A stretch of 64,000 nt of DNA from Octopus vulgaris (GCA_951406725.2 OX597825.1:62930001-62994000), one strand, 5' to 3'. Counted from the stretch's first letter, positions 1 to 12,438 are shown. Numbers and translations: made by a program. The notes: generated by a model from the sequence alone, not told the origin.

Positions 1-79
1 CTCGCTCTTGGTCAGACTGCTAAGTTATAGGACATATATGCAGATAAATTCTTTTAAGAGGGAACATAAAGATAGAGAT

Positions 80-490
80 AGGGGGATGGGGATGATGGGG
101 GATGGAGATGATGGGGATGGGGATGACAGAGATGGGGGTTGGAGATAAAGGGGATGGGGATGAGGGGGGATGAAGAAGAAGAGGGGGGAAGAATGGGAGG
201 AGGAAGGAGAGGGGGAGGAGGAAGTTGAGGAGGAGGCGGAAGAAGGAAGAGAAGAAGGAAGAAGAAGAATAGGCGGAGGAGGAAGAGGAAGAGAAGGAGG
301 AAGAAGAAGGGGAAGAGGTGGAGGAGGAGGAAGAAGTAGAAGAGGAGGAGGGGGATGACGAAGACAATGATGTCAATGGCTACAGTTATGACAACAGCAA
401 CGAGGAAGATGGAGATGGAGATGATGATGATGGTGGTGGTGGTGGTTGTGGTGGTGGTGATGATGATGATGATGAGGAGGAGGATATTAT
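80..490. repeat. Purine-rich cryptic trinucleotide low-complexity tract (GGA/GAA/GAT/GGT)
   Basis: Runs of GAG, GAA, GAT and GGT; similar tracts at 8300-8720, 42990-43420 and 57630-57730. Confidence 0.85.
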
Positions 491-556
491 CTTCAACAAG
501 AGGGGAGGAATGACATCCAGGGACCAGATGCCATGCAAACACATGTAAACATACAA

Positions 557-605
<49 letters not shown>

Positions 606-829
606 TGAAGGCAGAAATAATGGGTTATCTTTGTTCATATATCAAATATCAATATAACAGTAGGGGAAACAACCCTGTTTAATCAAATGAATAACGTTGA
701 ATCAAATAAAGACTCCGTTAGAAAGAGAAGTAATATAACATTATTGTATAAAAGTGTAAATAATGATAAAGAATTTAGGCAAAATGAATTTGGTTTTACT
801 CCAAACAATCAAATTAATAAGAAATCTGA

Positions 830-1275
830 GTGCAGTATATGAAATAATCTCTGAAATTGTTGTGAACAAAACTCGTGTTCTATCAATAATAAATGCAAAA
901 CAAAGAACGTTGTTTTTAGATGTAAAGTTACATCAGAGGGAACTGAATACTTTTACATCAGTGCAACTTCACTTATTCCCAAAAAAGACTGGTTAATCAT
1001 TTAAATGTGTTTAGAGATAGAAATAAAAAATTTCAAACAAGTCTAAGTAAAAAAATCTGGTCCATTAAAGATAGAAATAAGGACTATACCATCCATTAGG
1101 AATTAATTAGTACTGCTAAATCTTATAGAAGAGGGACAAATAAATGTGACTTATGCACAGAAGAATTTTACCAACTTTTTACATCAGAGCATAATATAAT
1201 AAATTCTAGGCAAGAACAAGGTTTACGATACTTGCATATGGAAAAATGGACCTTTAAACAATATAAATACAAAAG
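830..1275 (+). pseudogene. Decayed GIY-YIG endonuclease C-terminus of a Penelope-like retroelement
   Basis: Manual translation gives AVYEI...YI.GTE...KRLVNHLNVF...QTSLSKKIWSIK...I(H*)ELISTAKSY...KCDLCTEE...IINSRQE...LH, matching the PLE EN pattern R..NH..F / T.LSK..W / C.LC..E / N.R.E. Contains frameshifts and a stop. Confidence 0.8.
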
Positions 1276-1288
1276 CACTCTATTGGTT

Positions 1289-1590
1289 ACAAGGTCCCAG
1301 CTGATATGATCAATGGAACAGATTGTTCATGAAATTAACATGTATGTGGCTGAGCACTCCACAGACACATATACCCTTAAAGTAGTTCTCAGGGAGATTC
1401 AGTGTGACACAGAGTGTGACAAGGCTGGCCCTTTGAAATACAAGTACAGCTAATTTTTGCCAGCTGAGTGGACAGGAGCAACATGAAATAAATTGTCTTG
1501 CTCAAGGACACAATGCTTCACCAGGAATTGAACTCACAACCTTACTATCATGAGCTGAATGCCCTAACCACTAAGCCAAGTACCTTCACT
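1289..1590 (-). mobile_element. tRNA-derived SINE (V-domain-like core) inserted into the PLE 3' region
   Basis: Minus strand has A box (GGCTTAGTGGTTAGG), B box (GTTCAATTCC) and TGTCCTTGAGCAAGACA core; related copy at about 4555-4812. Confidence 0.75.
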
Positions 1591-1818
1591 AAACACTATA
1601 AATAAGTTTAAAATAATCAAACAACTATAACATATACATGAAATGAAATGCTTTGAAATAACTGAATCTATGAAGCGAATAAATAATTATCAAACCAATA
1701 CTTGGAATGCAAAATAAAATTCAGGTCGTAATTAACAATCAAAACCACTTCATCTAATGCAATACTAAAATTAACATGAAATTCTAACCAATTCAATCTG
1801 AAAGGATATTGCAGTGAA

Positions 1819-1902
1819 GACCCTGAAGAAATTACTCTGGTATAATAGTGAAGTTGCAATTACAACAGTTACTAACTGATGTAGTGGAACCATATGTAGG
1901 TC
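1819..1902 (+). ncRNA. Type I hammerhead motif with extended helix II (one core substitution)
   Basis: GACC-CTGAAGA-[about 57-nt imperfect hairpin: ATTAC/GTAGT, TAGTGA/TTACTA, GTTG/CAAC]-GAAc-CATATG-TA-GGTC. Confidence 0.6.
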
Positions 1903-2168
1903 AATATTAAGCTATATTTAATCAAAATGTAAATTAACATTCATGAAATTCTACTTTATCATACTCCTTATTATCATTTATATCTATCTATATATATTAA
2001 ACCATGTGTATGTGCCTATATTGTTAGGTATTCAATCAGTTTCATCTTGGATATTTTTATCCTTCCGTGGTTTATATGTACTTATAATCTAAACCTGTAT
2101 AGTTTCAAAGGCACCATGGATGTTGTAGCATGGGAATCTAGATTTACTTACGGAGACAGCAATTAAAT

Positions 2169-2292
2169 ATCATCTGAGAAGATACATATAAATCTTCTTA
2201 TATACAGGTAAATCGTTACATAATTTAATTTAAATTTAAATTTAAATCCTGTATATACGGGGATCCATATGTATCGAAACATTTGTAGTGAT
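2169..2292 (+). ncRNA. Type I hammerhead motif with about 95-nt helix II
   Basis: ATCAT-CTGAGAA-[GATACATAT...TATATACAGG...CCTGTATATA...ATATGTATC]-GAAA-C-ATTT-G-TA-GTGAT; the 5' core appears to be one base short of CTGANGA(A). Confidence 0.65.
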
Positions 2293-2620
2293 AATTAACG
2301 AAGCTGCTCTTACTTTTCCTTTTGACTCTTTTACTTTATACTTTTTATATATATATATATATATAGATATTTATTACTATGGTTTTCATCAAGACAAAAT
2401 CATTTGTAAAGGTATGTGTTACATACAGAATATATATTGGAAAGAGATGGATGGAACAGTTCGATAAAGCTGGCCAGGCAGAAGCCTGCACCAGACTTCT
2501 GTAATTGTTTAGGCAGTAATTTTACAGCTGGATGCCCTACCTAACACCAACCACTCAGCAGAGTGGACTATATATACGTGTATGTGTGTATGTGTGTATG
2601 TATGTATGTATGTATGTACA

Positions 2621-2659
<39 letters not shown>

Positions 2660-2663
<4 letters not shown>

Positions 2664-3118
2664 TAATAAATATTAGGAAATAAATCCAAATTTACAGGGA
2701 AAAATCAGATTTATGATTGAATCCAATTTTATAGTAAAATATAATATAATATTAATTAGAGACAAAACCACTATTATGCAAATCAAACAAAGAAAGACTT
2801 AATCCAATACATAAAAAATTTTATATAAATTAAATATAATTAAGATTAATTAAGATATCCACTATGATCGTTTCTTGTCACTTCAATGGACATTCATCAG
2901 GTGGTTAACAAGACCTAAAATATAATCAATATTTTTAAGATATAAATTTGAAATGACTAATATATATAAAATATAAAATTATCAATGAAAATATATATAA
3001 TAATCAAGAACTATAATAACCTCTATAAATGATTGTATATAATGAAACCTAGTTTTTAAATTCTCATATTTAAAGATGAAATAGCTAATTTCAAAAAACA
3101 AAAAACAATTGTCTCTAA

Positions 3119-3130
<12 letters not shown>
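2660..3130 (-). mobile_element. Truncated non-coding PLE-derived element between (TA)n tracts (same family as 44021-46400)
   Basis: Homologous to 44021-44340 and 46000-46395; short inverted copy of 2744-2765 at 3109-3130; carries a HHR. Confidence 0.8.
2859..2904 (-). ncRNA. Minimal hammerhead ribozyme motif
   Basis: Reverse complement: CCAC-CTGATGA-aTGTC cattgaagt GACAa-GAAA-CGATCA-TA-GTGG. Confidence 0.75.
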
Positions 3131-3157
<27 letters not shown>

Positions 3158-3162
<5 letters not shown>

Positions 3163-3563
3163 GTCGTATACCGTAAACTCAATGTGACAGTCCCGTAAGG
3201 GAATTACACCACTGCCATTTAGCCCTAGGAAACATCGACATCACCTGTCGGCTTTGACACATTTTCTGTGTCCTTATATTTGCAAAGGAGAGGCAATCAC
3301 CCCTGCCAGCTGGGACTAAGCACCTGAAGACATATGTTTCTGAGTCTTTTGCTCGTCGTCAGTTCAGGGTAGCTTGTCTCGCTCGCTGAGATGACTGCAA
3401 CCTCTTCGCAAATATATCATAATATCAGTAAAATTTATTTACTGATCACCGAAATTAGAAATATTGAATTTCTAAATGTCTCAGAGAGACATACGTGGTG
3501 ATGGAGCGATATAGTGGTTGTATACCGTCAACTCAATGTAACAGTCCCGTAAGGGAATTACAC
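3158..3563 (-). mobile_element. Retrozyme-like 354-bp unit with 52-bp terminal direct repeat
   Basis: 3158-3209 matches 3512-3563 at 49/52; abuts (TA)n; no ORF; central HHR. Confidence 0.7.
3323..3368 (-). ncRNA. Minimal hammerhead ribozyme, canonical core, GUC site
   Basis: Reverse complement: CCTGAA-CTGACGA-cGAG caaaaga CTCa-GAAA-CATATG-TC-TTCAGG; perfect 6-bp helix I and palindromic helix III. Confidence 0.85.
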
Positions 3564-3829
3564 ATATTTGGTGATATGTGGTCCTAGAGCAGTGGTTTTC
3601 AACATCTTCAACCATCCACACACACTCCCTATTTTTCTAACCAGGTTCTATACTCATATTCTTGTTACTTGTGAGTATGCCCAAGCACTACACCATCTCT
3701 CTTCTTCTCTCTCTTACACTTTTGCTCTTTCATATTCTCTTCCTTTCTTTGTTTCCCTTTGATTACTCTCTCTCTCTCTCTCCTTCTCTTGTTTTTTTTC
3801 ACTGACTAGGTCACTAAGTATCTCCTTTA

Positions 3830-4452
3830 CATCAGCACACTTGTTCTGGCCTCTTTCTGTAGCTCTCTCTCTCTCGTTCCCTATCTCCTCTCTCTCTCTC
3901 TCTCTCCATCACTGGGGTAACTATGTACCTCCTCTATAGCAAGACACCTATTTCTGCCTCTCTATTTCTCTGTTACACTCTAAACATTCATCATTTAAGA
4001 CTGGATCATCTCCTCTTATGCCCTCTCTGTTGTGGCAAGACACCTGCTTCTGTCTTTCTGTCTCTTTGTCACACTCTAACTTACATCTTCTGACACAAAT
4101 GCCCTGCCCCTCACATAATCCTTTGTCTTGTGAGTTACTTGGTTATCCTGCCACTGCTGGTGCCACATTAAAAGCATCCAGTGCACACTGTAACGTGGTT
4201 GATGTTTGGAAAGGCTTCCAACTTTTAAAATCTTGCCAAAATTAACTTCACCTTTGCTAGTGCCACATAAAAAGCACTAAGTCCACTCTGCAGAGTGGTT
4301 GGTGTTAATAAGGACATCCAGCTGTAAAATCTCTGCCAAAACAGACACAGTAGCCTAGAGTAGTTTTCTACCTGGCTGGCTCTTGTCGACTGTCCTATTT
4401 CTACCTGGCTGACTCTTGTCTTGTCCCATGCATGGAAGATAGACATTAAACA

Positions 4453-4488
<36 letters not shown>
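3830..4488 (+). mobile_element. Degenerate RTE-type LINE 3' UTR ending in (GAT)n
   Basis: GTGGTTGGTGTTA...GGCATCCAGCTGTA...CCATGCATGGAAGATAGACATTAAAC-(GAT)n, shared with 26425-27255. Confidence 0.65.
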
Positions 4489-4874
4489 TATGATATATAT
4501 ATAATAATAATGGTCTCTTCTTTCGTTAGACGATGTATGAGGGTTTGGAAATTTCTTGCTGAGCAACCACACAGGGGATTTGTTTATAGAGATAAAATGT
4601 TTGTGTACACATAAGCTTGCTCCTTTCATGAAATCGACTTTACCTGTACAGGTGCACCAACTGCCACATGTCAGACAATGAAATAATCGCAGACCAATGT
4701 GAAATGATGTGCTTTGCTCCTGAACACAATGCAACGTCCAGTCTAGGAACCGAACCCATGATCACACAATTATGAGTGCAACACCCTAACCACTAAGCCA
4801 TGTGCCTTCACACACGCATGCACACACACACACACACACATACATATATACATATATATGTATATATATATATA

Positions 4875-5078
4875 TGTTGATTCGTTAGCTACTGCACGCA
4901 TTTTTTTTCTCTCCTTCTTTCTGTGTTTTTCTCTCTCTGTGTATCTTTCTGTTGAAGAGCGTAGGCTCGAAACGTTAAAGACTTGTTTTATTTATATTTC
5001 CTGAGCGCCATACTAATACAATTGTTCGTTTGTTTTCCACCTGCCTTCGTCTTTTGTTTATTTTCATAAAGCTTCCCG

Positions 5079-5080
<2 letters not shown>
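4875..5080 (+). mobile_element. About 200-bp short element between (TA)n tracts, HHR-like core (copy 1 of 4)
   Basis: Homologous to 47165-47360, 54648-54850 and 56825-57005; core at 4944-4981 TCTTT-CTGTTGA-A-GAGC gtag GCTC-GAAA-CG-TT-AAAGA. Confidence 0.8.
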
Positions 5081-5120
<40 letters not shown>

Positions 5121-5131
5121 ACATATACATA

Positions 5132-5188
<57 letters not shown>

Positions 5189-7606
5189 TGTAGAAATACA
5201 TAAATCTGGGGGAGAAGCACACTCTGAGATGTAGAGCAGATATATATATATATATATACCCACACACACACACACACCTTATATATAAATATATGCATTA
5301 TATATTTGTGGAGTTATGAGAAAGTACAAATGACTTAGAATATAACATTCATTTTGTCACGTATTTAAGCAAACACACATGCAATAAACATGCACACATT
5401 TACACATGCACACACACACCACATACACACACAAGTGTATATTTTGATCGGTATGGACATATGCATAGAAAAACCACAAACAAAGATTGTCACTTAAGAA
5501 AAGTAAGATAACCAAATAAAAATGTCCACGGAAAAAGCTGTACTTGTTAATATGTGTTCATTGGATTAGCCGTTGCCATGTTTGAGCTGCTTGTCTCAAA
5601 GATATAATAAAGCTTTATTGATTGATAGTTTATCTCATGTCAACCTAATTTTTATGATGTTTCAGTCATTGTTCTTGAAGTAGAATCATTCAGAAACATT
5701 GTGTTGATATACACTTAAGATATGATAGACAAAAGAATAATTCAGAGTAAAAGAGAAAGAAAAAAAAAATCCAAGCAAAACTGTAAGTATTTTAAGAATT
5801 TCCTTAATCTTACCTAAATACTTGGAAAGAATTACAAAAACAAAAAAAAAAAAATTAGAAGAAAGTAGAGGGAAAGATATTTAGATAAATAAATGAATAG
5901 AATAACTGTTTAATGATTAGAAAATACATAAAATCCAATGCATTTGTTTTGTAATATATTGAATAGGGTGCTTGTTTATGCTGAACAAAGTTTATCACAT
6001 GAATTCATATCTATCATGTGTTCATGCAGCCCAACCAAGCAGTCCTTAATTTGATTTGCTTTTAACATCTTATTTTTGTGAAGTCCTAATGAAAAAGAAG
6101 ATAACATTACAGCAGAATAAATTGATCTCTCAGTATTACCTCTGTAAAGCAATGATTATTTTGGAAAATTTTCTAGCAAAAGATTGAAATGTAGAGAAAT
6201 GTGTATAGATATGTTATTATTACTTTTATATATATATATATATTTATTTATTCATATATTCCTTTAAATGAAAAGATTACAATGGATGAGTGAAATACTT
6301 GCTGAAAGCAAAATCTGACACGATTTCACATGTTGTGATCATTTCATATTTACAAGTATATTAGGTTAATCTTTCACATAAAGAAAAATTATGTGAAAAT
6401 AAGATGTAATAAAGTAGAAAGAATTGCCTAAGAAAACATTTAAGTATGATGTATACGATGATCAACATTTCCTGTTATTCAGAGTTAAGTTAAATTATTT
6501 TGATGTTAATAACTCCACCCATAACCAAAACCAAAAACAAAAAAATTAATAAGATATTATAAACTGTGATAAAAGCAGCATTTTCCCTGGTGCACTTTTG
6601 AATTTATATATGTATGTATGTGCAGCATGCATAAAACTTCATTCATGCTTGTATATTGCTTCATATATGTATCAATAATTCCCATTAAACATTTCATTAC
6701 ATTTCATCATTTGAAGGCGAGTGCTACAATTTGGAAAAGAATTTGATTAAATGCTGTGTCTTGTTAAAATTATTGGTCTTCAATGATGAAGAATAATGAT
6801 GCAGAAATGCACGAGTCTTAGAGTGTGCAATGTTGTTCGTGGCTCGGTAATGTGTTTACAACCATATTGTCTACAGGGAAAAATTTCTTCTCTCATGACA
6901 GCTTATGCAACATGTTGTTATTCCATGTTCAAACGTAGATGAACATGTTGCATATAGATGTACATGACAGTGATCCATTCAATGCTGCTTAGGGCACATC
7001 CCATTTATTGAGAAAGCTTTACACACATCAGCAAGCGAACCATTTGTCATCCTAATACGAATGGCCATTTCCTTGCAGCCATGAATAACAACTCAATATA
7101 TGTTGCTGATGAAGCATAATGACACAGAAATGCCTACATCCAACAGTTCAGTGATCTCATTAAAGGTGTAGTGGTGTGTTTACACCCATATTGCCCGTAA
7201 GGAGAATTTCTTCTCTCAAAATAGCTTGTATAGAATATTGTCTTGCCCTTTCTGAATGTTCTACGTAACTGAGTTTTTAATATCATTGCGGTTAACTTCA
7301 TTGTTCAATTCTGCAATGCATTATTTTAAAAACTGATAAATGTTTTATCTGTTTGTTATATTGATTTCCTTGTCACTTCCTCTTTGGTGAATTGACGACC
7401 AGGGAAATATGTGAATGACCTTTCCACCATTACAAAGATCAGCTAAATGACAACCCCTCAAAATGGTTGGAGTTAAGATAAAAATGTACAGAATTGAAAC
7501 TGAGAGTTCCTTCAACTGGTGTTGCTCCATCACTACTGGAAGTGACATTTTTAAAGTCAAAAGAGAAAGAAAATTTAAAGATCAAAATCTAAAGAACACA
7601 TAAGCG

Positions 7607-7912
7607 CCATCCAACCTAAATGCAAATATATGGGAAACTACCACCTGTGTCATCTCTTATGAAGGGTAAGAGAGTCCAGTTTGCTGGACATTGTTGTAGA
7701 GCTGAAAAAGAGGTAATTTCTACTCTTCTCCTCTGGAAGCCATCTACTCGCAATACCAGAGGGCGCACACTCTCCTACCCTGGTGTAATCTCCAGGGATA
7801 CAGGCATCCAGCAACAGGACCTCCGTAATGCCATGATGGACCGTGGAGTCTGGCGTAGCATGGTAAATTCCATTGTCTCAACCACAGTTGAACAATGATG
7901 ATGATGATGATG
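7607..7912 (+). mobile_element. RTE-clade LINE 3' end, 5'-truncated
   Basis: QIYGKLPPVSSL...RVQFAGHC.R...LLLWKP...RGR...DLRNAMMDR..WR then (GAT)n tail; second copy at 25568-25859. Confidence 0.85.
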
Positions 7913-8308
7913 CAGTGACAACAGCATCCATAGCTCTCAGTCATCTTTCTTTGCCATCTTTGTACCTATCTGTTTCATGCAAAGATTGGATTCAGTCATC
8001 GAGGTCGAGGAACTAGTTGGGAGGCAATTAAAATTTTCTCCTTAACTCTCTCTAACGTCTCTCAATTGTATCCCCATTTGGCATATCTCCACTGCTTCTC
8101 CATCAGAGATACTTCTGCACCATGCACATACTTCTCTTCCCTTTCCCCTTATCTCTGTGGTATCCTGTAGCATTGCTTGCCCTCACTGCTCTCACCATAC
8201 TTATTTTCTACCAAATTTTCTCTCATTGCCCTATCCTCATTGTTTCTCTTCTTCCTTAACACTCCTTTCCATATTTACCCATAAAGCATATCTCCACATC
8301 CCCCCATT

Positions 8309-8340
<32 letters not shown>

Positions 8341-8546
8341 TTCTTCTTCTTCTTCTTCTTCTTCTTCTTCTTCTTCATCTTCTTCTTCTTCCTCTTCTTT
8401 TTCTTCTTCTTCTTCTTTTTCTTCTTCCTCTTCTTTTTCTTCTTCCTCTTCTTTTTCTTCTTCTTCTTCTTCTTCTTCTTCTTCTTCCTCCTCCTCCTCC
8501 TCTTCTTCTTCTTCTTCTTCTTCTTCTTCTTCTTCTTCTTCTTCTT

Positions 8547-9080
8547 CTCAATGACTCTCTCAAGACACCTCTCAAACCTAGTCTGTTTCTCTCTTTCCGT
8601 TCCCCTATTCTCATGCCTGACAAAACTTGTGAGTAGATAGCCTTAATCATCATCATCATCATCATCATCAGCACCACCACCACCACAACCACCACCACCA
8701 TCATCATCATCGTTGTTGTCATCTAAATATACATACATATATATTTAGGAAAGACTACTATCACACTCTCCCTTCTCCTTCTTCTTCTTCTTTTTCTTCT
8801 TCTTCTTCTTCTCTCAATGACTCTCTCAAGACTCCTCTCAAACCTAGTCTGTTTCTCTCTTTCCGTTCCCCTATTCTCATGCCTGACAAAACTTGTGAGT
8901 AGATAGCCTTAATCATCATCATCATCATCATCATCAGCACCACCACCACCACAACCACCACCACCATCATCATCATCGTTGTTGTCATCTAAATATACAT
9001 ACATATATATTTAGGAAAGACTACTATCACACTCTCCCTTCTCCTTCTTCTTCTTCTTTTTCTTCTTCTTCTTCTTCTTC
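8547..9080. repeat. 266-bp near-identical tandem duplication bounded by (CTT)n
   Basis: CTCAATGACTCTCTCAAGAC recurs at 8547 and 8813; the ORF track shows identical peptides offset by 266. Confidence 0.9.
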
Positions 9081-10360
9081 TTCTTCTTCTTCTCCTCATT
9101 CTTCTCTCTCTCCCTCTCGCCCCCCCCCCTCCTTTCACTCACAAACCTTAAATTATGATTTTTAATGTGTCTAACGAATGCAAAACCATAAATTCATCTT
9201 CAATTTCCAGATAATCCATCTGCTGATCATATGTTTGACCTTGTCAGTGCAGCTGGATTTATTATGGTTTGAGTAAACATGCCAGGCTCTCTTTAACAGG
9301 TTTGCCTCAATAATCTGTTTGAAACACATCCCTATCACAAACTAAAATCACTTTGTGCAAGAACCACGTTTTCTTATTTCGAAAAAAAAAATGGTGCTAT
9401 ATTCTATGCATTACATTTTTTTATGTGCAAAGCAATGGATAGTAAAAATCAATAGGACATTAAACAAAATGTTTTGCAGTATTTAGTAACATTCTTTATG
9501 TGCTGGGTTTAAAGCCTGCTAAGTTCTACTTTTTCTTTCATCCTAGGAGGCTTGATAAAATAAGTGCCAGCCCAATGTTGGTGTTGATTTAATCGACTAT
9601 AACCATATAACCATTTCCCTAAATATTGCTTTAGAAATTTGTATTTGTTTATTTATGCATGTGGTTATGCATCCTGTAATTTATATATTTTATTATATTC
9701 ATATTATATTATATATAATTTATATTAGTATGTATCTTTGTGTTTGTGTATTCTACACTGATATGCTGTTATATACAATCTTATAAAATACTGGTACTAA
9801 ACCACATAAATTCGTTATTCCTTCATCTATCAACATTTTAAACCTAGTCAAAATAATTCTTGTTCATCATGCTTGAATCCATCCTTTCCCATCTGCAATT
9901 ATATCATGCAATACCAATTTCATATTTTATTTCATAATCCACTCTCTTCCTCTTTCTATCTTGCTTTTCCCTTTACATCATATTTCATATTCTTTTATAA
10001 CCACATTTCAGTGATTTTTCTATTGTTCAAATGCTTTCATGGCATATCATAAAGGAAACATGTGGGGTTCTTTTACAAGCCATTGAAAATGCAACCCATT
10101 CAGGAGAATTATTTACCCAAAAATAAAGAACAAAAAATATAACATGTAAGATAGAATCTTGCAAGAATGAGTATAAAACCAAACAAATCTGTTTCAGTAG
10201 TCAACTGTAGAAGCAAACTTTTTAAGTGAAAATACCATCCATCAAACTAATTAGGATAAACACAACCACTGCAGTAATAATTATACCTATCCAGATGAAA
10301 ATGTAATAAGAAATCTATAAACCTCAGATTCCAAACTTATTTTGTTGCAGATCTCTTGTA

Positions 10361-10951
10361 CGAGGGGTTGCTGAAAAGTTCCTGGCTTTAATGGTATCGT
10401 GAAAGGCTTGGTTGGAGGTCCAACATTCTTTTTCAGAGTTTAGAAAAACTGAAGCAATCTCTCTCTATATAAACGGCAGTTTGTCTGTGCGTGTTTCTGT
10501 GTGTCTGTTTTCTCGTACCCTCACCCTGACCACGGCTTTCAACCGATTCTGATGAAACTTGACACACACATAGCCCAATGTCATAATTCAAAACTAACGC
10601 AGCGAAAATTTTGAAAAGTTCCCCCAGTTCTGAAAAAAATCGATAAATTCGACATGGGGTCGAGAATCAGAAACCCAAACCACAGACCGTCTAGGGGACG
10701 CAACTCCACCTTTTTTAACTCTCAAAAAAATTTACCATCATTTTCCCCCCATTTTTTTGCTATTTTTTTGGCTATAACTCTCTAAAAATGCTTTATAGTT
10801 ATTTCCCTTACAAACCTGAGCAACGCCGGGCGATACTGCTAGTACTGCAATAAGTGTGTGAATCTGAGAGAGGAATATGTTGAATAAAATCATAATTAAT
10901 TGATCCTGTATTTTCTTTTACCCAAAGCCAGGAAATTTACAGCTCCCCTTG
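10361..10951 (+). mobile_element. Non-autonomous mariner (Tc1/mariner) element
   Basis: TA|CGAGGGGTTGCTGAAAAGTTCCTGGCTTT ... AAAGCCAGGAAATTTACAGCTCCCCTTG|TA terminal inverted repeats; transposase C-terminal relic CNKCVNLR.EYVE*. Confidence 0.85.
10458..10842 (+). mobile_element. Non-autonomous Helitron nested in the mariner element
   Basis: A|TC start (TCTCTCTCTATATAAA), subterminal hairpin CCTGagcaacgcCGGG, CTAG|T end, no TSD. Confidence 0.85.
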
Positions 10952-11561
10952 TATGGTTTCCACAAAAAATCACAGAACACAAATATAAATTTTAGAGGCA
11001 ATTTCTGCTGCCCTAATTTAAATAAAATATTAAATGAAATGAAATTTGTTTTATGGAGAGAATTTATTGAGTTGGTAAGATATATAACATTATTCTAAAA
11101 ATGGTAAATATAATTTTTTTGATAATTTTTTTTATTAGATTTCATTAAATAATACATTATCTTGTAGAACTCCAGAAAATTTTTCACAGAATCTACATTG
11201 AGAAGCTCTACATTCACCATTTTTGTTATACAGGTATAATCTTTTATTCTTTATTTTTATCAAATGATCTTAAGGAAGAGGCTGTGCCCTGAGCTTCACA
11301 GGCCCATTACCAATGAGATTAAGGTAATCTATATTCTTCTACAATGACTGCAAGGGGTGATGAGGCTGGAAATATTTTATAAAATAAATTCTTATTAAAT
11401 GTTATTAATTTCTTGGAACTCAAAAATTACAGAGAACCCTGGCCTTTCTAAGAATGCACTTTAAGAAAACACTGACTTTAAGAAAACACTGTTTCATTTT
11501 CTACTCAGTTTTAACCATCAGAATATGTTAATAGCAGTCCTATATTGTATTTTTTTTAATT

Positions 11562-11970
11562 AACACATGGGTTTAGCTCCACTGCATGGCACCTTGGGCA
11601 AGTATCTTCTACTATAGCCCTGAACCAACCAAAGCATTGTCAGTAGGTTTGGTAAACAGGAACTGAAGAATCCCAATATATTTATTTGAGTGTGTGTGTA
11701 TGTATGTGTGTATGTGCGTGTGCGTATGCTGTGTGTTTGTATGCTTCCTTGTCTTGAGATTGCATCATAGTTATAACTTAGTGTCATCATCATAAAAGTA
11801 ATGTCAGTCACTTCAATTCTTCCATGACAACATGTCTGGGTTAAGGGGGGATATATCATATTATATTACTAGGAAACAAATGAGAGTTGATGACAGGAAA
11901 GGTATCTGTCTGCAAAAGATCATCTACCTTGTCCAATCCTATTTGACCCAGTAAAATAAAACAATGTTAA
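11562..11970 (+). mobile_element. Degenerate tRNA-derived SINE (head shared with family A, different tail)
   Basis: CCACTGCATGGCACCTTGGGCAAGT head; relative at about 34955-35480. Confidence 0.6.
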
Positions 11971-12019
11971 ACCAAGTCTGATTCAAACCACTAATCACCC
12001 CTTTTATTCACAATTTGAC

Positions 12020-12248
12020 TCTTTACTCTTTTACTATTTTACTTGTTTCAGTCATTTGACTGCGGTCGTGCTGGAGCACCACCTTTAGCCGAGCAAATCG
12101 ACCCCAGGACTTATTCTTTGTAAGCCTAATACTTATTCTATCGGTCTCTTTTGCGAACCACTAAGTTAAGGGGACGTAAACACACCAGCATCAGTTTTCA
12201 AGCAATGTTGGGGTGACAAACACAGGCACACATACACACACACACACA

Positions 12249-12304
<56 letters not shown>

Positions 12305-12438
12305 ACAGGCTTCTTTCAGTTTCCATCTACCAAATCCACTCACAAGGCTGTGGTCAGCCCAGGTGCCATGCAATGGGACTGAACCTGGAACCATGTGGTT
12401 GGTAAGCAAACTACTTACTACACAGCCACTCCTACGCC
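12020..12438 (-). mobile_element. tRNA-derived SINE family A (internal microsatellite, (GTAAAAGA)n tail)
   Basis: Consensus GGAGTGGCTGTGTGGTAAG...GGTTCAGTCCCACTGC...[TA/TG]n...GGCGGTGCTCCAGCATGGCC...GACTGAAACAAGTAAAAGAG; more than 10 copies in the window. Confidence 0.9.

Noticed and set aside
318-548. Acidic 76-aa ORF
   Set aside because: Non-ATG start, in-frame stop just upstream, low-complexity tract like others in the window.
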